Shown here: piece after piece, positions 9,330 to 17,724 of the stretch
Layout: each line of letters starts with the position of its first letter
How positions within the stretch are numbered: position 1 is the first letter of the stretch
DNA from: an uncultured virus (IMG/VR IMGVR_UViG_3300032038_000054)
Taxonomy: Duplodnaviria > Heunggongvirae > Uroviricota > Caudoviricetes
Length of the DNA stretch: 64,000 nucleotides
Virus record (IMG/VR): IMGVR_UViG_3300032038_000054
Strand: one strand, 5' to 3'
Program-made: the position numbers and the translations under genes
The notes under the pieces: model-generated
What the model was told of the DNA's origin: nothing
Database searches by the model: none
What the model saw: only the letters and a program-made list of their open reading frames with translations

Positions 9330-9644
9330 TCAGTCTTTTACAAATTCAGTCATTACATACCCTACAATCTTACACCATCCATCCTTTTCCTCTTCGACAA
9401 TAACAGGAGTTCCTGTTTTAAGTCTAAAAAGAACTTCTCCGTTCGGGTTAGTTCTTACATTAATTAAATTAGCAGAAGATGAGATTATTTTCTTTCCTTT
9501 CTTCTCGGAAATCTTTTTCTCTACCTTCTTTTCATCCTCAATAGGAGCTTTAACATCTTCTACAGGAGGATTGAAAGCATTATCTTTCATTGGCTTTACA
9601 ACTTCGTTTACATTCTCTGAATTTTTCTTTCTCGGCATGTTCAT
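9330..9644 (-). CDS. SH3b-like domain protein
   Basis: LINVRTNPNGEVLFRLKTGTPVIVEEEKDGWCKI.GYVMTEFV. Confidence 0.65.
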   Translation of the reverse strand: MNMPRKKNSENVNEVVKPMKDNAFNPPVEDVKAPIEDEKKVEKKISEKKGKKIISSSANLINVRTNPNGEVLFRLKTGTPVIVEEEKDGWCKIVGYVMTEFVKD

Positions 9645-9671
9645 TCTCCTTTTGTCTAATTATTAAAGGCT

Positions 9672-10424
9672 TTAAGCCTTCAATTCATTCAACTTATTAA
9701 TTGTTTTTTTGCCAACAATTCCGTCTTGAGTTAAACCGTTATCTTTTTGGAATAAAATAACGGCTAGTTTTGTTTTGACTCCAAATTGCTTGTCAACATC
9801 TAAATTAGCCCCATGACGATTTAGCTCGTATTGAAGCCACGCGACACTCTCTCCAATACTACCTTCTTTAAGGAGTGAACTTGTCAACTTGTACGGATTG
9901 TCACCAATATCTACTACAACAACAACATGATGACCTGCTTTTAACAGAATATCTCCGCGTTTTAAACGCGCTGTGTTTGCAGTATAAAGAGGTGTTGTAA
10001 ATATTTGAACGTCACCAGTCGCTTTTAGCACTGCTTGCAATGTTCTAGTTGTAGCACAATTACCAGAAAGAGTCAATGCACTCTCTGGAACACCCGCATA
10101 CATACATGCGACACTAACCAAAGCAGAACAATCAGTTTCACAAGGGGTATTGACTTTTGACACATCGTAATTATACTTTCTCGCTTGGGCAAGAAGTGTG
10201 TTCCTTTGAAGTTGGTCGTAGCCAATATTGTCATTTTTACAAGCGTTCTCCATGCACTGGGCTACTTTTTCCGCCATGCGAGGCTCATTAAATCTTATAA
10301 CGCATGTCCATCCGTTTCTATACCATGGACGAGTGCAGACCTCCTTTTTTGTTTGGTCTCCTGCTGTTCCATTTTTTACCGTTCCATTCTCACTTATACT
10401 TGCATGTGCTATTGTCACACTCAT
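9672..10424 (-). CDS. Endolysin: NlpC/P60-CHAP-like cysteine hydrolase plus a C-terminal peptidoglycan-binding domain
   Basis: ETDCSALV (Cys), GDILLKAGHHVVVV (His); C-terminal LLKEGSIGESVAWLQ...FQKDNGLTQDGIVGKKT. Confidence 0.85.
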   Translation of the reverse strand: MSVTIAHASISENGTVKNGTAGDQTKKEVCTRPWYRNGWTCVIRFNEPRMAEKVAQCMENACKNDNIGYDQLQRNTLLAQARKYNYDVSKVNTPCETDCSALVSVACMYAGVPESALTLSGNCATTRTLQAVLKATGDVQIFTTPLYTANTARLKRGDILLKAGHHVVVVVDIGDNPYKLTSSLLKEGSIGESVAWLQYELNRHGANLDVDKQFGVKTKLAVILFQKDNGLTQDGIVGKKTINKLNELKA

Positions 10425-10741
10425 TAGTCATCCACCTCTTCGTAATCATATTTGCTGTTGCAATAATTGTTTTCTAAAGAAGCTAATAATCTTTGTCGTT
10501 CTTCGTCAAAATATTCTTTCAACACTTCTTTAAATTTTTCCAATCCGTCTGGGTTGTCGCTTAAATACTTACCAACGTCAACACTTTTGCCGTCAATAGT
10601 AAAATCATAAGCGTCCAGAGTGTCAAAAAAATTATTAATCGAATCTTCAACCGCATAATCAAAACCCTTCACATATTCTTTTGTGATACCCGTATCACAA
10701 AGCTTCCTTCTCATTCTCGACATAGGCTTTAGCCTTTTCAT
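10424..10741 (-). CDS. Hypothetical protein between holin and endolysin
   Basis: ORF track; overlaps both neighbours. Confidence 0.6.
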   Translation of the reverse strand: MKRLKPMSRMRRKLCDTGITKEYVKGFDYAVEDSINNFFDTLDAYDFTIDGKSVDVGKYLSDNPDGLEKFKEVLKEYFDEERQRLLASLENNYCNSKYDYEEVDD

Positions 10742-11021
10742 TCTTTGAGAGAATATCTTTCATGTCTTCAAGTACGGCATCCACCCATGCGCTAAAGACA
10801 GGAAAAGGAATAATCTTTGAAAAAATCGGGTACTTTTCAATAAAGTTACCATAAACCACCGAGAGCTTTATCTTTCCTGTGCCACTGCCTAAATCTTTTT
10901 CAGCCATGACAACAGCCTGTAGCAGAAATTCGACAACCGAACGCTTACCGTTCAGCAAGAAATATACTACCACGGCTACTACAGTGATAATTAAGCTCCA
11001 ATTATTAATTATCCATTCCAT
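10695..11021 (-). CDS. Phage holin (LL-H-like)
   Basis: N-terminal TM, then AVVMAEKDLGSGTGKIKLSVVY. Confidence 0.75.
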   Translation of the reverse strand: MEWIINNWSLIITVVAVVVYFLLNGKRSVVEFLLQAVVMAEKDLGSGTGKIKLSVVYGNFIEKYPIFSKIIPFPVFSAWVDAVLEDMKDILSKNEKAKAYVENEKEAL

Positions 11022-11041
11022 ACTACCACCATCCTTCTAAT

Positions 11042-11090
11042 CAAAAAAAAGAGAGTCAAGGATTAAATCCTCGGCTCTCTTTGGCTCTAC
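11042..11090 (-). terminator. Intrinsic terminator preceded by the motif GTAGAGCCAAAGAGAGCC
   Basis: Minus strand: AGAGAGCCGAGGA-TTTAA-TCCTTGACTCTC followed by a long T tract. Confidence 0.75.
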
Positions 11091-11128
11091 CTAAATGGTA
11101 GCATGGTTTACCTCATTAAACAAACAAT

Positions 11129-11566
11129 TTAATTGTTCATTGACTCGATTGCAACTCTGATAGCCTCTTTTTCGGTTTCATTAGTTGCTTTATCCATTAG
11201 CCTTTGAAGTTCCTCTTTTGTGTTTGAACTGCCCGCATAATACCCGTTATCTCTCGAATATCCATCGGCATATCTTCCTTGATTATCTCGCTGTGCATTA
11301 GCACCACGTCCTCTCGCAAAAGAATAACCGCCCATCGGGTACATACCAGAATATCCATCTTGCCCATTCATAGAATTTCCAATATAAGATGCTCCTGCGT
11401 ATGAGCTTCCTTTAAAATCTTCCATAGCCTCGATTGTGTCAATGTCTTTAATAACATCAACTGCTTTGTAAACAACCTCAAGGCTATTCATATCAAGAGC
11501 GTTTTTGCGGCTTATATGCTCAAGTTCATCACACATAAGTTCTTTTATCTGATTATAAACTCTCAT
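11129..11566 (-). CDS. Unknown-module gene 6: helical ends with a Gly/Ser/Tyr-rich middle
   Basis: ORF track; AAAGGAG RBS; RGRGANAQRDNQGRY motif. Confidence 0.8.
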   Translation of the reverse strand: MRVYNQIKELMCDELEHISRKNALDMNSLEVVYKAVDVIKDIDTIEAMEDFKGSSYAGASYIGNSMNGQDGYSGMYPMGGYSFARGRGANAQRDNQGRYADGYSRDNGYYAGSSNTKEELQRLMDKATNETEKEAIRVAIESMNN

Positions 11567-11579
11567 ATTACGCTCCTTT

Positions 11580-12029
11580 CTAAGCTATCCTCGATACAGT
11601 CAAATTTGCATTTGCTACTTCAACTGTTGGAGTAGGCGTTGTAGTGTCATCTGTTACACCGCTTACGTATCTTACAGACACGTTAAAACAGCACCCTTTA
11701 GGAACTGTTATAATAGCTGTACTGGTCAAATTCTGAAACTCCTCTACTGCTTGCGGAGTAGCAATAGCTAAGCTACTCGGACGAGTTTCACCATTAACTG
11801 AGATAGCAATACCAACAGGGGTTACTTCACCACCTGTCGGTATCTGTACATTGCCATTCCAAATAAGTTGATAACGAGCAAAACAATTAGGGGGTGCACC
11901 TCGGAGAGTAAAGTTCCCTGTTCCGTTGTCATGTATCACATAACCTCTCGGACAAGGAATGGAAGCATTAAACACAATCGGATTGTTTAAAGCAACAGTC
12001 TGATTGCCTATTTCTATATACTCAGCCAT
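11580..12029 (-). CDS. Unknown-module gene 5: beta-rich protein, possibly a BclA-CTD/TNF-like jelly roll
   Basis: ORF track; AGGAGG RBS; alternating beta pattern; fold assignment is inference. Confidence 0.7.
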   Translation of the reverse strand: MAEYIEIGNQTVALNNPIVFNASIPCPRGYVIHDNGTGNFTLRGAPPNCFARYQLIWNGNVQIPTGGEVTPVGIAISVNGETRPSSLAIATPQAVEEFQNLTSTAIITVPKGCCFNVSVRYVSGVTDDTTTPTPTVEVANANLTVSRIA

Positions 12030-12044
12030 AGTGTCATCCTCCTA

Positions 12045-12950
12045 TTAAAATTGACCGCATCCACAACTTACTGTTTGAGGACAACTAAAAATCGGAGTAT
12101 TGCCGTAAACGGGTGTTGTTCCAACAGGACAATTTTTCAGTCTGTTGTACAACTGGTCTACCTCATTAGCAAAGCCCTGTGAAATAAATGCGTTCTGCGC
12201 TGTCTGTGATTCTCTAAGCGTAGCCATATTAAGCTGTGTTTGAAGCTCTGAAATTCTATCATTCTTCGCATCAACCTGTGCTTTTACGCCATCAAGTTCA
12301 AGCTGACAGAGTTTGTCAAGGATTGCTTGTGTGCCCCTTGCTTGAGAATCTATGATATCTCTTGTGTTTGTTGCACTTGCATTCCTTGTAGCACATTCCT
12401 CAGTTGCGATAGTATAGCGAATATCGCCTAATCCACCCTTAACATCAGAATTATTCTGTGCTAACTGTCCTTGAACAGCATTGAAGCCTTGTGCTGTAGC
12501 TGTTTGGCTTGCAAAAGCCTGTTGCATACTAGCCATCTGTCTAGCATTATCAGCTATTTCAGCCTGTGAGAAACCACTATTTACAGCTTGAACAATTCCA
12601 TTTCCTGTCTGACAAAGATTCTGATTGATTCCCGCAATACCAAGTTGAACATCACCGAAACCAGATGTTACAGAATTTTGCAGTCCGCTAATAGCGGTGT
12701 TTAAAGCTTGATTCTGGAAACCATTAGTAGTAATCTGTGCGTTATTCATCCATGGATAAAGAAGATTTCCGTCAGCACCACCAAAGCCTCCGAATCCTCC
12801 GTTTCCCCATCCTCCGAAACCGCCAAAAGCGAAAAGAAGGATAAGAATAAGCCACCAATCACCATTGTAGCCAAAGCCTCCTCCCATACCACTATTAGCG
12901 GCGTAAGCAGGAGCTACTGGCATGTAAAGCTGTGAGCTATTTTCTACCAT
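12045..12950 (-). CDS. Unknown-module gene 4: Gly/aromatic-rich hydrophobic N-terminus, Q/A/N-rich coiled coil, Cys-rich tail
   Basis: DWWLILILLFAFGGFGGWGNGGFGG...; ends FSCPQTVSCGCGQF. Confidence 0.85.
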   Translation of the reverse strand: MVENSSQLYMPVAPAYAANSGMGGGFGYNGDWWLILILLFAFGGFGGWGNGGFGGFGGADGNLLYPWMNNAQITTNGFQNQALNTAISGLQNSVTSGFGDVQLGIAGINQNLCQTGNGIVQAVNSGFSQAEIADNARQMASMQQAFASQTATAQGFNAVQGQLAQNNSDVKGGLGDIRYTIATEECATRNASATNTRDIIDSQARGTQAILDKLCQLELDGVKAQVDAKNDRISELQTQLNMATLRESQTAQNAFISQGFANEVDQLYNRLKNCPVGTTPVYGNTPIFSCPQTVSCGCGQF

Positions 12951-13102
12951 TCAATAGCGTCTCCTTTCGTTTGATTTATTTCCATATGCGCATAATAGAA
13001 ACCTTGCTTAAACCTCACAAAAGGAATATAATATAACCATCCGTATAGTTACTTTACATATTAGTTTTGCGAGGGAAGCAATTAACTTACCACCCATTAA
13101 AG

Positions 13103-13378
13103 TTAATTGCTTTTTTCATTCATCATATTTTGCACTTGATTAACTTGACCTTCAAATTGTCGAATATTATTAGGCATCATACCGTTTTGTATGAGATATT
13201 GTCCTATTTGCTCATAATTGCACCCCATCTTCTGTATTTCTTCCGCTTGAACATCATTTATCATCCCGCGTTGGCGCAGAATATTAGACAGCATGTTTGG
13301 GTTTTGTCTTATTTGCTGTAGCTGATTAAAAAAACTCATCATAGGGTTATTCATCATATTAAAAAAACTATTCATCAT
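13103..13378 (-). CDS. Unknown-module gene 3: Met/Asn/Gln-rich protein
   Basis: ORF track; AAAGGA RBS. Confidence 0.75.
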   Translation of the reverse strand: MMNSFFNMMNNPMMSFFNQLQQIRQNPNMLSNILRQRGMINDVQAEEIQKMGCNYEQIGQYLIQNGMMPNNIRQFEGQVNQVQNMMNEKSN

Positions 13379-13453
13379 CTAATCCTTTAATTGATTGACT
13401 TTCACTAATTATTGACATATCATATATTTAGTGAAATAACAACGAGGTACACT

Positions 13454-14593
13454 ATGGAACAAATGACAATTACTGCTAAAATTCAGATATCAGTCGATAC
13501 AGACAGTAGGGTTTTGCTTGATGAAACCATGTCTGTTTATTCCGATGCCTGCAATTTTGTGTCTGACTATGTGTTCCATACTCACGACTTAAAGCAGTTT
13601 TCGCTTAACAAGATATTGTACTCTACACTCCGAGAAAAGTTTGGACTCAAATCTCAGATGGCTCAGTCTGTATTTAAAACTGTTATCGCAAGATATAAGA
13701 CCATTCTTAAAAATCAGAAAGAGTGGATTCAGCCGTCTTTCAAGAAGCCACAGTATGACCTTGTATGGAACAGGGATTATTCCCTTACACAAAACTGCTT
13801 TTCAGTAAACACTTTGAATGGTCGTGTTAAATTACCTTATTTTGTTGAAGGTATGTCAAAATACTTTGACCATACAATCTATAAGTTTGGTACAGCCAAG
13901 CTTGTAAATAAGCATGGCAAGTATTATTTGCATATCCCCGTAACCTACGATGTCGAAGAAAGTAATGTTTCTGACATCTGTAATGTCGTTGGTATTGACA
14001 GAGGTATAAACTTTGTCATTGCTACTTATGACAGTAAGCACAAGTCTGGATTTGTAAGCGGTAAAGCCATCAAACAGAAACGTGCTCACTATTCCAAACT
14101 TCGTAAAGAACTCCAAATGCGTCACACTCCATCTGCAAAACGTAGGATTAAAGCTATCGGTCAGCGAGAAAACCGTTGGATGCAGGATGTAAACCATTGT
14201 GTGTCAAAGGCACTCGTTGAGAACAACCCGAAGCATACACTTTTTGTCCTTGAAGATTTGTCGGGCGTTCGCAATGCTACAGAGCGTGTCAGAACTAAAG
14301 ACCGCTATGTTTCTGTGTCATGGTCTTTCTATGACCTTGAACAAAAACTCATCTACAAGGCTAAACAGAATCAGTCTGCTGTTATTAAGGTTGACCCTCG
14401 TTATACGAGTCAGTGCTGTCCTGTATGTGGACGCATTGAAAAGTCTAACCGCAACAAGAAGATACATCTGTTTACTTGTAAAAACTGTGGCTATAAATCT
14501 AACGATGACCGTATTGGAGCTATGAATCTGTACCGCATGGGAATCAACTATCTCGAAGACAGTCAAGTACCGAGTACAGTTACGGCAGAGTAA
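13454..14593 (+). CDS. tnpB: RNA-guided endonuclease TnpB (copy 1)
   Basis: RuvC-I VGIDRG, RuvC-II LEDL, YTSQCCPVCG...CKNCG zinc ribbon, RuvC-III NDDRIGA; GAGG RBS before ATG at 13454. Confidence 0.93.
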   Translation: MEQMTITAKIQISVDTDSRVLLDETMSVYSDACNFVSDYVFHTHDLKQFSLNKILYSTLREKFGLKSQMAQSVFKTVIARYKTILKNQKEWIQPSFKKPQYDLVWNRDYSLTQNCFSVNTLNGRVKLPYFVEGMSKYFDHTIYKFGTAKLVNKHGKYYLHIPVTYDVEESNVSDICNVVGIDRGINFVIATYDSKHKSGFVSGKAIKQKRAHYSKLRKELQMRHTPSAKRRIKAIGQRENRWMQDVNHCVSKALVENNPKHTLFVLEDLSGVRNATERVRTKDRYVSVSWSFYDLEQKLIYKAKQNQSAVIKVDPRYTSQCCPVCGRIEKSNRNKKIHLFTCKNCGYKSNDDRIGAMNLYRMGINYLEDSQVPSTVTAE

Positions 14594-14729
14594 ATCTTTG
14601 TCGTAAGGGGCGGTGTCAACCGTCCCATGATGCGACACCACGGAAGTTACACCGACAAAATGTAGGAGTTATTGCAACGAACTACAGGGGAGTCGCAAGC
14701 CCATTACCTTTAGGTGATGGGTAGTTGAC
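14560..14729 (+). ncRNA. Predicted TnpB omega-RNA scaffold of element 1 (5' boundary approximate)
   Basis: GC-richer structured tract between the tnpB 3' end and the right-end hairpin, the known location of TnpB omega-RNAs. Confidence 0.65.
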
Positions 14730-14732
14730 CAT

Positions 14733-15182
14733 TTAGTCCTCTTCATTTGTCTTTTTCTTAGTAGGCTTAAACGAAATCTCAGAAATCTTCTTTTCAACTT
14801 CTTCCTTTATTTTGTCTGAAACAATCTGTTCAACCAAGTCCTCTATTTTATCTGATATAAGACTTTCAAGCTCCTCTCGCTTCATATAATCTTTAAGCTG
14901 TTCAGAATCTTTCGGTTCAGTTTCATCTACAAGCCTTTTCTTAATAAAAGTTACTTTACCTAGTTGGTCTACAGACTTCATGTAAAGATAATCAGCTCTT
15001 TGATTCATCAAAAAGATACTTTGTCCTGCATTAAGAGGATAGTTCACACCTTCTTCCTCGCTTTGAACCCAAGCAAGTATTTGATTCTGAGCCTGTGAAG
15101 GCTGTGGCATTACTGGTTGTTGAAGTTGTTGTTGAAAATTTGGATAGCTTTGATAATAGCTAGGATAGGGATAGTTGTTCAT
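14733..15182 (-). CDS. Unknown-module gene 2: Tyr/Pro/Gln-rich N-terminus followed by a globular-looking core
   Basis: MNNYPYPSYYQ...WVQSEEEGVNYPLNAGQSIFLM...YMKSVDQLG; ATGA overlap with the upstream gene. Confidence 0.8.
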   Translation of the reverse strand: MNNYPYPSYYQSYPNFQQQLQQPVMPQPSQAQNQILAWVQSEEEGVNYPLNAGQSIFLMNQRADYLYMKSVDQLGKVTFIKKRLVDETEPKDSEQLKDYMKREELESLISDKIEDLVEQIVSDKIKEEVEKKISEISFKPTKKKTNEED

Positions 15183-15568
15183 TCTTTTTCCTCTCTTTTC
15201 CAATAAAATATCGGGGTCTCGTCACTACTATTCCAAGAATCGTAGATATTTGAATCTTTGATACAGGCAACGTGTGTACCCGTTCCAACAATGAATGTTC
15301 CTTTAGGATGGTCTTTTGCAAAATCCCTAAAGGTATAACAATCTGGACACAGGTTAGAGATTGCGTATCGTCTAAAGCCTTTTGAATGTAAATACGAATT
15401 AAGGACAATATTCGATGAAGGCATATCCTTCAAGAAAAATCCTTGCGAAGCTAGTTCGATATACGCACTATCCCATGACGTATTTAACGCTTTCGCTAAA
15501 CACCTTATAGTGCAGTCTCCTATTCCGCGTCTCTGGTATGGATTCGGGTTATAATACACGTATGCCAT
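15179..15568 (-). CDS. Unknown-module gene 1: putative papain-like (C39-like) cysteine peptidase
   Basis: GDCTIR (Cys), GTHVAC (His), IYDSW (Asp) in papain-like order. Confidence 0.6.
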   Translation of the reverse strand: MAYVYYNPNPYQRRGIGDCTIRCLAKALNTSWDSAYIELASQGFFLKDMPSSNIVLNSYLHSKGFRRYAISNLCPDCYTFRDFAKDHPKGTFIVGTGTHVACIKDSNIYDSWNSSDETPIFYWKREEKE

Positions 15569-15632
15569 CTTGCTTTCCTTTCGTGAGGGGATGACAATTT
15601 ATTTTATAGGGGCTGTCATCCCTCTGAACTGT

Positions 15633-15699
15633 ATTATATAATACTTGTTTAAATAGGAACATGAAAAAAACATGCAATTTTTATGAAATTTTCATGCAA
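15633..15699 (-). promoter_or_regulatory. Promoter with -10 TATAAT and four 11-bp-phased direct repeats in place of a -35 box
   Basis: Plus strand: ATTATA at 15633; CATGAAA/CATGCAA/TATGAAA/CATGCAA at 15660, 15671, 15682, 15693. Confidence 0.65.
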
Positions 15700-15745
15700 T
15701 TTTTGAGAAATATAAAAAAATAATGTCAATTTAAACACTTAACGC

Positions 15746-15780
15746 AAAATAGCCCTCAACAAATAAGTTGAGGGCTATTT
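15746..15780 (-). terminator. Intrinsic terminator ending the second tail block
   Basis: AAATAGCCCTCAAC-loop-GTTGAGGGCTATTT. Confidence 0.85.
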
Positions 15781-15796
15781 AATAATTTTGAACCTA

Positions 15797-17566
15797 TTAT
15801 GCCTTTACGTCAGTACAAATAAAGTAAAAATTATTATTAGTTCCATATAAGCCATCTTTAAAAGCGCTATTAGGGCTTAAAATGTAATAATACTCATCAT
15901 TGCCATCGTCACAATCCTGATAAGGAATGACTTTGGGAGATTCTACTTGCCAATCAATTTTTAAATCTGATTGTCTTTCATAGCCACGACCATAACCCCG
16001 ATAAATATAATTAGAAAGTCCCTTATTAGTAGCTATTGCTCCACCCATTATTCGCGTATTAGTTGACGACTGAGAATATGCCCCTTGTCTAGTGGAAGGC
16101 ATGTCCTCATAATATTCCATTATTGAGCCGTCAATACTCTCATAATGTTTTCCATAAGAAGTGAAGCACTCCGCATTAGAGCCATATCCGCTTACATAAT
16201 ATGAATCATATGTGTTATAGAAACCGTCTCGATATTCAGCATGTTTATCTATTTGCCAATTATCGCCTCTAATTATATACTCACCGTTATTATTTGTGCA
16301 TACATGTATTTTATTATAATACGACGGGTTGTTATGCCAAGTAATATACACGCCGCATTGATACGCATTAAAATTATACGTTCTTATTTGTCTCCAAACG
16401 CCGTTTTCTAACACACAAAGGACGCTTGTACTTGAGTTTTCATTACTACTGCCAAATGCATAAAGCTTCCATGTTTGAGCGCTGTCTGTCGTGTATTTAA
16501 AAACATAGTATGGTGCAAAAGAGGAAGCATTAATGGATGATGGAGAACCATAACTTACCCACTCCATTACCTTTCCTTCCGCATCTTTTTTTGACAATTT
16601 ATAAACATTACTTGATTTTTTGGCGACTACAAATAAGGAATTGTCAAACAACATAACCTGCCTTACGCCATAAGAGTCTCCCTGTCCATTATTAGGTGTC
16701 CATCTAGTAACTATTTTACATCTTTTTTCAATACTTCCTGCTCTTATGGTTAAGTACGTGCTTCCCATAATTGATGTAGAATGTGTACTGACAGTCAAAC
16801 CGTCATTAGAAATACCACCTGCATGAACATAATCATCATCAACACTATATTTAATCCTATTAATATCAGCATTCGCAGGTACAATTTGAATAGGTATTTT
16901 CTTACTATCTTGATAGGTCAGCCTTACTTTGGAAGGCACTATGATATCTTCAATCGGAATAGCAGACTCTCCGTTTGCCCATAGTATTGTATCTGGACGA
17001 TTCTTTTGTTTGATTAGTGCCTTTATGTAGAAAGTTCCATTACTGATTCCTGTTACAAGCCCTGTAGAACTCACGGTTGCTACAGAAGTATCAGTGCTAG
17101 AATATTCAACTGTATATTTCGCATTTGAAGGCAATACGCTTAATGTTAATTGAATCGTATCGCCTATTCCAACTTCAAAAGGCGTAGGAGTCAATGTTGC
17201 ACTCGTAATAGCAACATTGAAATTAAACCAATTTAGACAGCTTTGCTCCAAATGATTAAGCCCATCTGCGTTTACAAAATTATTATTTCCCTTATAAGAA
17301 CCTCTTTCACCAACGGTCACATTCCCATCCATCCTCTTGAATGAATCGAGGGCTTTTTCAAAAGCTTCAAATTCTGACGGGAAGTAATCGTTATCATAAC
17401 TTGTTTTCGGCAATCCAAGATTTATTTCTACGGCTTTTTCGGGATTGTCATTATTAAATCTATCGTTAAGAAATAACAGGTTATTTCTTATTCTATTATA
17501 GTCTTGATATGTAAACTGGTCGGTCTTAACCCAGTCTGTTTTAGGAGTTATCCATTCGTAGCTCAC
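15797..17566 (-). CDS. Tail-associated protein with Ig-like (Big_2) domains (589 aa)
   Basis: N-terminal WITPKTDW...DYNRI; Ig-like VGIGDTIQL...YSSTDTSVATVSSTGLVTG. Confidence 0.75.
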   Translation of the reverse strand: MSYEWITPKTDWVKTDQFTYQDYNRIRNNLLFLNDRFNNDNPEKAVEINLGLPKTSYDNDYFPSEFEAFEKALDSFKRMDGNVTVGERGSYKGNNNFVNADGLNHLEQSCLNWFNFNVAITSATLTPTPFEVGIGDTIQLTLSVLPSNAKYTVEYSSTDTSVATVSSTGLVTGISNGTFYIKALIKQKNRPDTILWANGESAIPIEDIIVPSKVRLTYQDSKKIPIQIVPANADINRIKYSVDDDYVHAGGISNDGLTVSTHSTSIMGSTYLTIRAGSIEKRCKIVTRWTPNNGQGDSYGVRQVMLFDNSLFVVAKKSSNVYKLSKKDAEGKVMEWVSYGSPSSINASSFAPYYVFKYTTDSAQTWKLYAFGSSNENSSTSVLCVLENGVWRQIRTYNFNAYQCGVYITWHNNPSYYNKIHVCTNNNGEYIIRGDNWQIDKHAEYRDGFYNTYDSYYVSGYGSNAECFTSYGKHYESIDGSIMEYYEDMPSTRQGAYSQSSTNTRIMGGAIATNKGLSNYIYRGYGRGYERQSDLKIDWQVESPKVIPYQDCDDGNDEYYYILSPNSAFKDGLYGTNNNFYFICTDVKA

Positions 17567-17724
17567 TCTTCATCCTCCAAAAAATCAACAAACAATTCGT
17601 CACAATCCGTAGAACTAGCCTCTTCTTGCGCTCGACTAACTGCCTCTATACCTTCTTCCATTCTGTTTAGAAGAACCGCAGTTACAACCTCGCCAGTTAC
17701 CCATACGTGTTTATTATAACTCAT
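17563..17724 (-). CDS. Small tail-associated protein (53 aa)
   Basis: Read by hand: MSYNKHVWVTGEVVTAVLLNRMEEGIE...; overlaps both neighbours by 4 nt. Confidence 0.65.
   Translation of the reverse strand: MSYNKHVWVTGEVVTAVLLNRMEEGIEAVSRAQEEASSTDCDELFVDFLEDEE

Larger units (their letters stand above)
13396..14729 (+). mobile_element. Non-autonomous IS200/IS605-family element 1 (tnpB only)
   Basis: Left inverted repeat TTTCACTAA...TTAGTGAAA after TTGATTGAC (boundary at 13396 or 13400); right end CCCATTACCTTTAGGTGATGGGTAGTTGAC; opposite orientation to the surrounding operon. Confidence 0.8.
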
